This document shows positions 56,833-64,000 of a DNA stretch of 64,000 nt, one piece after another (the first letter of the stretch is position 1; each line of letters starts with the position of its first letter). The DNA is taken from assembly GCF_016432865.1 (NCBI RefSeq), contig NC_067400.1:1116001-1180000 (forward strand). The letters run 5' to 3'. Made by a program: the position numbers and the translations under genes. A model generated the notes under the pieces. The model was not told the DNA's origin. It saw only the letters and a program-made list of their open reading frames with translations, and searched no databases. The DNA comes from Antechinus flavipes. Its lineage: Eukaryota.

Positions 56833-59800
56833 GTAACGGGGGCGTGGTCACGCGGGGGTGGGGGAGGGGTGCCTGGCGGGGTGGTGGGGAGGGTCCGATT
56901 CCGGGGTCTCCCGGGGGTCACATGAAGGGTTCTAGTGGGCCCCCCCGTGCGGAAAGGCCTGTCATGGAGAGGCCACGGTTATTCCCGCAGATTGGGGGAG
57001 GGGGAGCCATGGTCAACGCCCTAAGCAGCCCCCGCTCCCCTGCCTCCCCCCCAGCGCCCCCTTGGGCTTGGGGAGACTGCGCGCGCGAGAGTCTTCGGGC
57101 CCTGCAGCCCGGGCGGGGCGTCTCCCGGTGAGACCTGGTAACCGCTCCCCTTCCGGAGGCCCCAAGCGCCCTTGTTCTGTCTGGGCCCCGCAGGTGGGAT
57201 CGCGGGCGGCATCGAAATCTGCATCAGCTTCCCCACCGAGTACATCAAGACGCAGCTGCAGCTGGACGAGAGGGCCAAGCAGCCGCGCTACACCAGCATC
57301 CGTGAGGGGCGGGCGGGGGATGGCGGGAAGCAGGCTGGGCCCCCCTCGTGGACCCCCTGTGGGCAGCCAGGGCCCCTCCCCCGGGCAGTCAGGGCCCCTC
57401 CCCCGGGCAGCCAGGGCCCCTCCCCCGGGCAGCCAGGGCCCCTCCCCCGGGCAGTCAGGGCCCCTCCCATGGGCAGTCAGGGCCCCTCCCACGGGCAGCC
57501 AGGGCCCCTCCCACGGGCATTCTGGGACCCTCCCACGGGCTGCCTGGGACCCCACCACGGGCATTCTGGGACCCTCCCCCGGGCATTCTGGGACCCTCCC
57601 CCGGGCAGTCAGGGCCCCTCCCATGGGCAGTCAGGGCCCCTCCCCCAGGCAGCCAGGGCCCCTCCCCCGGGCAGTCAGGGCCCCTCCCCCGGGCAGTCAG
57701 GGCCCCTCCCCCGGGCAGTCAGGGCCCCTCCCCCGGGCAGCCAGGGCCCCTCCCCCGGGCAGTCAGGGACCCTCCCCCGGGCAGCCAGGGCCCCTCCCCC
57801 GGGCAGTCAGGGCCCCTCCCACGGGCAGTCAGGGACCCTCCCCCGGGCAGTCAGGGACCCTCCCACGGGCTGCCTGAGACCCCACCACGGGCTGCCTGGG
57901 ACGCCCCCTCCCTCGCTGACCCCTGTTCCTCTCCCAGTTCACTGTGTGAAGCTGACCATTCAGGAGCACGGCTTCCGGGGCCTCTACAGGGGCCTCAGCT
58001 CCCTGCTCTATGGCTCCATCCCCAAGTCGGCCGTGAGGTGAGTGGCCGGGGGCCATCGGGTCGGTCCCCGTGCTGCCCACAGCCCCAGCAGTTACTCGGA
58101 GGTACCGGTTTGGAGTCAGGAGGAACTGGGTTCAAATCCTGCCTCAGACCCTTAGCTGGGGACCCCCAGCCTCAGTGTCTGCCCGGCTTGTTGGGAGGAC
58201 CCCAGGGGAGAAGGCCCTTCACCAATGAGTCTGGGGCAGGAAGGCTCTGGGGGGCCCCGCCCCGAGGGGAGGGCGTGGGCCCTGGGCAGGGCTTCTCCCC
58301 GGCCTGTCGGCTCTTGGTGCGCCCTAGCTGCTGGACAAGAGGGCCCTCGGCCCCTCTCCCTGCCGACCGGGCTTGGGGCTGCTCTGGTGGAGGTCCCCGA
58401 ACAGCCCCCTGCCCAATCCTCGCCATTGCTGGGTGCCAGCAAGGATGCAACTTTGGGCCCTGCCTGCACAGCCTACGTGGCCCAAGGCAACTTCAGGGCC
58501 GGGCACGGGGATGCCCGCTGATGTTTAGCCCAGGGATGCCCGCTGATGCTTGGCACGGAGATGCCCACTGATGCTTGGCACTCCCAAAGCAACTTCGGGG
58601 CCGGATACGGGGACGCCACTGACGCTTGGCACTCTGCAGGTTCGGCATGTTTGAGTTCCTGAGCAATCGCTTCCGAGATGCCGATGGCAAACTGAGCAAC
58701 AGAAAGAGCTTTCTCTGCGGTCTCGGGGCCGGTGCCACGGAGGCCGTGGTTATTGTCTGTCCTCTGGAAACCATCAAGGTCCGTGCACTCTGAGGCCTGG
58801 GGGTCCCGGAGATGGGCCACAAGTGGGCGACCCAGGCTGGGCTCCCTCCTTCCCGTCCGTGGGGCTGCTCCCTCCAAGGCTGGGGAGGATGGGGAGCAGG
58901 CGGAGGACCGGACTTCAGCGGAAACCTCCCAACGGCGCCCTTCTCTGCAGGACACCGGCGTGGCTGATGGGGGATGGGGAGAGGAGGGGCAGGACGGGGT
59001 CTCCTTTGTCTCTGTCTTGCGGAAGGGGCCCTCTTGGGTTACTTGGCAGAGAGGGCAGCATAATCTCCTGCCCAAGGAGCCCATGCCAGGCCAGAGGGTG
59101 GCATCCCTGGCTGCCCCTGCCAGTGCCAACCTCACATTCCCCAGCGTGGCAGAGAGTGTCAGAGGGAAGGTTTCGTCCCTCGTACAAAACCATCTCGGGA
59201 GGGAGATTCTGGGCTTTGCCGCGTAGGTGCCCGCCCTGGGCAGGGGAGGAGGAAGGGCACAGAGCCCCTGGCCAGGCGGGCTCCAAGAGCCTCGCCACAG
59301 GAACCAGCGGCCCTTCTGTGGTCCACAGGTGAAATTCATTCACAATCAGACGTTCGGAGAAATTAAATACCAAGGATTCTTCCACGGAATCCGTGAGATT
59401 GTGAGGGTACAAGGTACTTGGGGCCCCCCGCCATCCCAACAGCGCGGGCTCCCTCCCCTGGCACTCCCTGTGCCCCTGGGCTGACAGATCTGGTCCTGGG
59501 GGCCGAAAGGAGGCCTCTGCAGCCGCCTGGGTCCCCGGGGTCTTGGGAAGGGGGGGGGATGGGAGGAAGGCCGGAGATGGGCAGCGGCTGGCCCTTCCCA
59601 GGCGTGCAAGGAATCTACCGGGGCCTCACGGCCACCATCATCAAGCAGGGATCCAACCAGGCCATCCGCTTCTTCACAATGACCTCCCTCCGCAACTGGT
59701 ACCAAGGTGAGGGCTGGGCCGGCCGCCACACAGCTCCCTGAGCGTGGCCAGAGGGACCTTGGGAAACGAGCTGCCCGAGGGAAGAGGCCCCAAGGCCCGT

Positions 59801-61552
59801 GGGCAAGGGCAGAGGCTGCCAAGGATTCCAGGCGGTGGCAGAGGAGGGGAAGAGCGCCAAGGCCTCCCCTCCCCCCAGCACCCAAGCGTGGGGAGGCCCC
59901 GGCTGCCACCTGACCGCGCTGGCCTTGATCCCCTCTCCTGGGTCCTCGAAGGCCCTTTGCCGCTGCATGTGCCCCTCCCCCCTCCTCAGCTCTGCCCCCC
60001 TGCAGGACAGCCCAGCCTGGCCCCTCCCCTCTCCCCTACCTGTAGTTGTGTAAACACGCTGAGGGTTTCATGTTCTCCTCAGTAATGAACATCCCCAGGC
60101 TCAGGCCTCGCTCTGCCCTCCAGGGGCCTTGTCCTTTTGGGGTGTCACCCACCTGATAGGGTCACGGAGCCTGGGCCTGTCTTGTCACCTTTAGGATGCT
60201 CAGAGGTCGGTTGTGCTCCCAGGGATGGAGCCGGGGACAAGCAGTGCTCTCAGAGCAGAGTGCTCCCCACTCTGTAGGGCCCCAAAGGGGTTTGGGGTGG
60301 ATTTCAAGGGGTCAGAGAACTTGGACTGGGAGAACATGTAAATAACCACATTGCCACCTAACTGGTCTCCCTTGGTCTCCATATTTTATTTCCTCCATAA
60401 AACAACCTGATTCTGAGAAGGGGCATCTGAAGGCTTCCCCAGCCTGTCACCCGGGGGGCGGGAGGGGGGCTGCCCAAGCAAGGCTCTTTCAGCCAACAGT
60501 CTCAGCATCAGCCGAGATGAGAAAAGTAACGGGGCCCCCCGAGAAAGTCTGGCTCCCGGCGGGGCAGAAAATTAGGGTCCCGGGCTGGGCAGAGCCAAAG
60601 AGAGACTTTCCCCTCAAGGAGCTCAGCTCCTGGGGGAGAGAACGGGGCTTGGTCCAGGGTGAGGTGGTGAGGTTGGTGCTGAGTGGGCAGCGTCTCCAGC
60701 TTTTGCTCCATCTAACACTGAACCCGAATTTCTCCATCAGGTGACAATCCCCAGAAAAAGATCAACCCTTTCATCACAGCCACCTTCGGGATGACCGCAG
60801 GAGCCGCCAGCGTCTTTGGCAACACCCCAGTTGATGTGGTAAAAACACGGATGCAGGTAATGCAAAGGCAGGGGAGCCGGTTCTTGCCCAGGGATAAGAC
60901 AGCCAGAGGAAGAACAACTGATGGGCCCTGCGCCCCCTCGCCCCTCAAAGCCCTTCGTGTTCCATGCCCCTAGAAGGGCGGAGCAACTTGGCTCCTCCAG
61001 TCATGGCAGCCATGAGAAAGGCTGCTGAGACAAATCCAAACGCCTGGAGTCCAAGGCTGCGCCACCCCTCATGCTGACCTAGGGTTAGAGCTGGTGGTGC
61101 CCGCAGACATNNNNNNNNNNNNNNNNNNNNNNNNNNNNNNNNNNNNNNNNNNNNNNNNNNNNNNNNNNNNNNNNNNNNNNNNNNNNNNNNNNNNNNNNNN
61201 NNNNNNNNNNNNNNNNNNNNNNNNNNNNNNNNNNNNNNNNNNNNNNNNNNNNNNNNNNNNNNNNNNNNNNNNNNNNNNNNNNNNNNNNNNNNNNNNNNNN
61301 NNNNNNNNNNNNNNNNNNNNNNNNNNNNNNNNNNNNNNNNNNNNNNNNNNNNNNNNNNNNNNNNNNNNNNNNNNNNNNNNNNNNNNNNNNNNNNNNNNNN
61401 AAACAGACAGACAAATAGATAGAGGAATAGATGGAGATGATAGATAGACAGAGGGATGAATGGAGATGATAGATAGATAGACAGATAGATAGAGGAATGG
61501 ATGGAGATGATAGACAGACAGAGAGAGGGATGGATGGAGATGATAGACAGAC

Positions 61553-61591
<39 letters not shown>

Positions 61592-63154
61592 GGGATGGAT
61601 GGAGATGATAGACAGATGGACAAATAGATAGAAGAATGGATGGAGATGATAGACAGACATAGATGGATGGATGGAGATGATAGATAGATAGACAGACAGA
61701 TAGATGGATGGATGGAGATGATAGATAGACCAACAGACAGACAGATAGATGGATGGATGGAGATGATAGATATAGACAGACTGACAGACAGACAAATAGA
61801 TAGNNNNNNNNNNNNNNNNNNNNNNNNNNNNNNNNNNNNNNNNNNNNNNNNNNNNNNNNNNNNNNNNNNNNNNNNNNNNNNNNNNNNNNNNNNNNNNNNN
61901 NNNNNNNNNNNNNNNNNNNNNNNNNNNNNNNNNNNNNNNNNNNNNNNNNNNNNNNNNNNNNNNNNNNNNNNNGGTAGATGTATAGTTAGACACATGGATG
62001 GACAGTTACATAGATGGGGAGATAGATGAATGGATGGAAATAGATAGAGGGGTGGGTGGGAATAGATAGAGAGAGAGAGAGAGAGAGATGGGTGGTGATG
62101 ATAGAGAGATGGGTGGGAATAGATAGACAGACAGAGGGATGGATGGAGATGAGAGATAGATAGATAGGTAAAAAGAGGGAATGGATGGAGATGATAGACA
62201 GATAGGCATAGATAGATATACTTAGACATACAGCTAGAGATAGATGTATAGTTGGACACATGGATAGACAGTTACATAGATGGGGAGATAGATGAATGGA
62301 TGGATACATAAATATGTAGGTGCATGGGTTGATATACATATATTAATGTGTATATATATATATATATATATAGCTAAACATGTAGTTTGACAGTTACATA
62401 GATGGATGGACAGAAGAATGGGTGGACTAACGGATGCATGGACAGAAGGATAGATGGATACATAGGTGCATGAATCCATGGCAGGATAGACAGCTATACA
62501 CATACTTACGTATATATTTAGATACGTAGTTTAATAGTTACGTAGATGGATAGAAGAATGGGTGGGCAGACAAGACGGTGGGTGGACGGATGGATGGCCA
62601 GATACAGAGGCACATGGTTAGATAGAAAGCTACATGCACACATACATATGTAGCAGACACACAGTTTGATAGACACATGGATGGATGTTTGGATGGATGG
62701 TTGGACGGACGGATGAATAGAGATGCATAGATACGTAAGTACATGGATGGATAAGTAGACATACATACATAGGGAACTAGACACATAGTTTGATAGTCAC
62801 ATAGCTGGATGGACAGACGGATAGACGGATGGATGAGCCGGCAAATAGACGCAAAGATTGCTCCCATCGGCCGGGTCCCTTCTCTCCCCAGCATCTGTGC
62901 TCAGCTGTCGTGTCTTCCCTTTAGACCGCCAACATCCTGGGAGCAGGGATCCCTTCCTATTTATGGAATGGCCCAGTGCCCAGCGCACAGTAGGTGCTAC
63001 ACCCGATTGCTGGCGTAGCTGCCCGCCAAGTTTTGCTTTTCCTTCCCGTGCCCGTCATCGCTGTTCCTCTTTTCTTTCAGAGCCTGGAAGCGAACAAGTA
63101 CAAAAGCACGATTGACTGCATCTCCCAGATCTATAAAAATGAGGGCCTGCTGGC
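56688..63154 (+). CDS. Mitochondrial tricarboxylate (citrate) carrier, SLC25A1-like paralog. Exons 56688-56832, 57194-57301, 57938-58037, 58640-58778, 59329-59413, 59602-59706, 60741-60856, 63081-63154; final exon beyond the window
   Basis: 872 bp in frame, no stops, all GT-AG; three carrier motifs [24 protein letters not shown]; [19 protein letters not shown] and [10 protein letters not shown] as in CIC; exon sizes match SLC25A1 as recalled. Symbol withheld because synteny argues for a paralog. Confidence 0.93.
57194..57301 (+). CDS. SLC25A1-like exon 2
   Basis: [26 protein letters not shown]; 108 bp. Confidence 0.95.
57355..57900. repeat. 22-bp GC-rich VNTR (about 24 copies) filling SLC25A1-like intron 2
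   Basis: gggcagtcagggcccctccccc; period 22 (57361, 57383, 57405). Confidence 0.95.
57938..58037 (+). CDS. SLC25A1-like exon 3
   Basis: [33 protein letters not shown]; 100 bp. Confidence 0.95.
58640..58778 (+). CDS. SLC25A1-like exon 4
   Basis: FGMFEFLSN...[21 protein letters not shown]; 139 bp. Confidence 0.95.
59329..59413 (+). CDS. SLC25A1-like exon 5
   Basis: [29 protein letters not shown]; 85 bp. Confidence 0.95.
59602..59706 (+). CDS. SLC25A1-like exon 6
   Basis: [33 protein letters not shown]; 105 bp. Confidence 0.95.
60741..60856 (+). CDS. SLC25A1-like exon 7
   Basis: [38 protein letters not shown]; 116 bp. Confidence 0.95.
61401..62830. repeat. (GATA/GGAT/GACA)n simple-repeat tract with gaps in SLC25A1-like intron 7
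   Basis: Direct reading. Confidence 0.9.
63081..63154 (+). CDS. SLC25A1-like exon 8
   Basis: [25 protein letters not shown]; 74 bp; GC|GTAAGT. Confidence 0.93.
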
Positions 63155-64000
63155 GTAAGTGCCTCGGGACACCCGAGCTGCCCCGACTTTCCTTGACAGG
63201 AAGGCCAGGCCTTCCTTTCTCCCCGTTGGGAGGGTCCCCACGGTGTCATGTGGCGTCGTCTGGCCATTTCTCTCTGATGATTTAACCCTGAAATTCAGCC
63301 TTGGTGCCCCCACGTCCAGACCCCAGAGAGACAAGGAGCCAAGCCAGGGTCCTGGTGGGGGAGGGGGTCCAGGGCACGCTTGGACTTCCCCCGACTCATG
63401 TCCTACTTCGTGTCAGCATCCAGCTCCGTGCAGCATATTTTTAAAAGCCCAAGAGGGTTATGGGAGCACCTGAAGGATTGTACCAGCCTCAGAGGAGGGA
63501 GGAGCCCCTGAGTGGGGAGGATCTCCTGTGGGCTGACTGGCCCCAGTCGGGGTTTTCAGCAGGGGATCACCCAGAGGCTGATACTTTGCTGAGGAGGAGG
63601 AGGGGGAGGCTGTCCAGCCTCAGGAAGCCCAGAGTTCTCTCTCACCTATCAGGTCTTTGGCCTTGGGGTCTGAATCCCTCCCTTAGGCCCTCCCCAGCCT
63701 CTCAGAGAACCCCTCTTTGAGGGAATCGCCCAGTGAGATCCTGAAGGTCAGTGGTCATCTCTGGGTCTTTAGGACAGTCCCCAGACTGGAGGTGAGGAGG
63801 AGAAATGTTCATTTTAAAAACATTGAGTTCCAATTGTCTCGCTCCCTCTCCCCGCCGCCTCCTTGAGAAGGCAAGCTATTCACCACAGGTCATACACATG
63901 TAGTTACAAAACCATTTCCATCGTAGTCACGCTTTCAAGAAAAGTGAAGGAAAAATTTCAAGTGTGCTCCCTCTGCATTCAGACACGCGGTTCCTTCTCT

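Noticed and set aside
63155-64000. Final exon of the SLC25A1-like gene
   Set aside because: No FYKG..PRL.RV-type exon is visible; presumed to lie beyond the window, so completeness of the gene is not proven here.

Overview
Vertebrate genomic DNA, very probably a dasyurid marsupial (Tasmanian-devil-like). The species call is inference from WSINE1/Mar-type SINEs, marsupial-type L1 ends and an OC1-like hAT MITE. The window has six N gaps. Five spliced protein-coding genes were reconstructed by hand from GT-AG junctions and frame continuity: SLC13A5 (minus strand, exons 1-2; the rest lies left of the window), XAF1 (plus, complete, 7 coding exons, 274 aa), FBXO39 (plus, complete, 3 coding exons, 443 aa), TEKT1 (minus, complete, 7 coding exons, 401 aa) and an intact SLC25A1-like mitochondrial citrate carrier (plus, 8 exons in the window; last exon beyond it). 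The order SLC13A5-XAF1-FBXO39-TEKT1 matches human 17p13. The SLC25A1-like gene head-to-head with TEKT1 has no counterpart there as far as I recall (human SLC25A1 is at 22q11), so it is the top finding: a probable second citrate-carrier paralog sharing an RFX X-box promoter region with a ciliary/flagellar gene. Other notable items: XAF1 has lost zinc finger 5 and carries a 24-bp duplication in its place; a VNTR amplifies the putative TEKT1 exon-1 splice donor about 40 times; a 55-bp VNTR carries a poly(A) hexamer in all 21 units; and an inverted repeat pair with CTCF-like motifs flanks part of an orphan CpG island. Nearly all other long ORFs in the track are repeat, low-complexity or N-gap artefacts. 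No CRISPR, rRNA or tRNA genes were seen. Comparisons to human proteins and repeat consensuses are from memory and were not computed.
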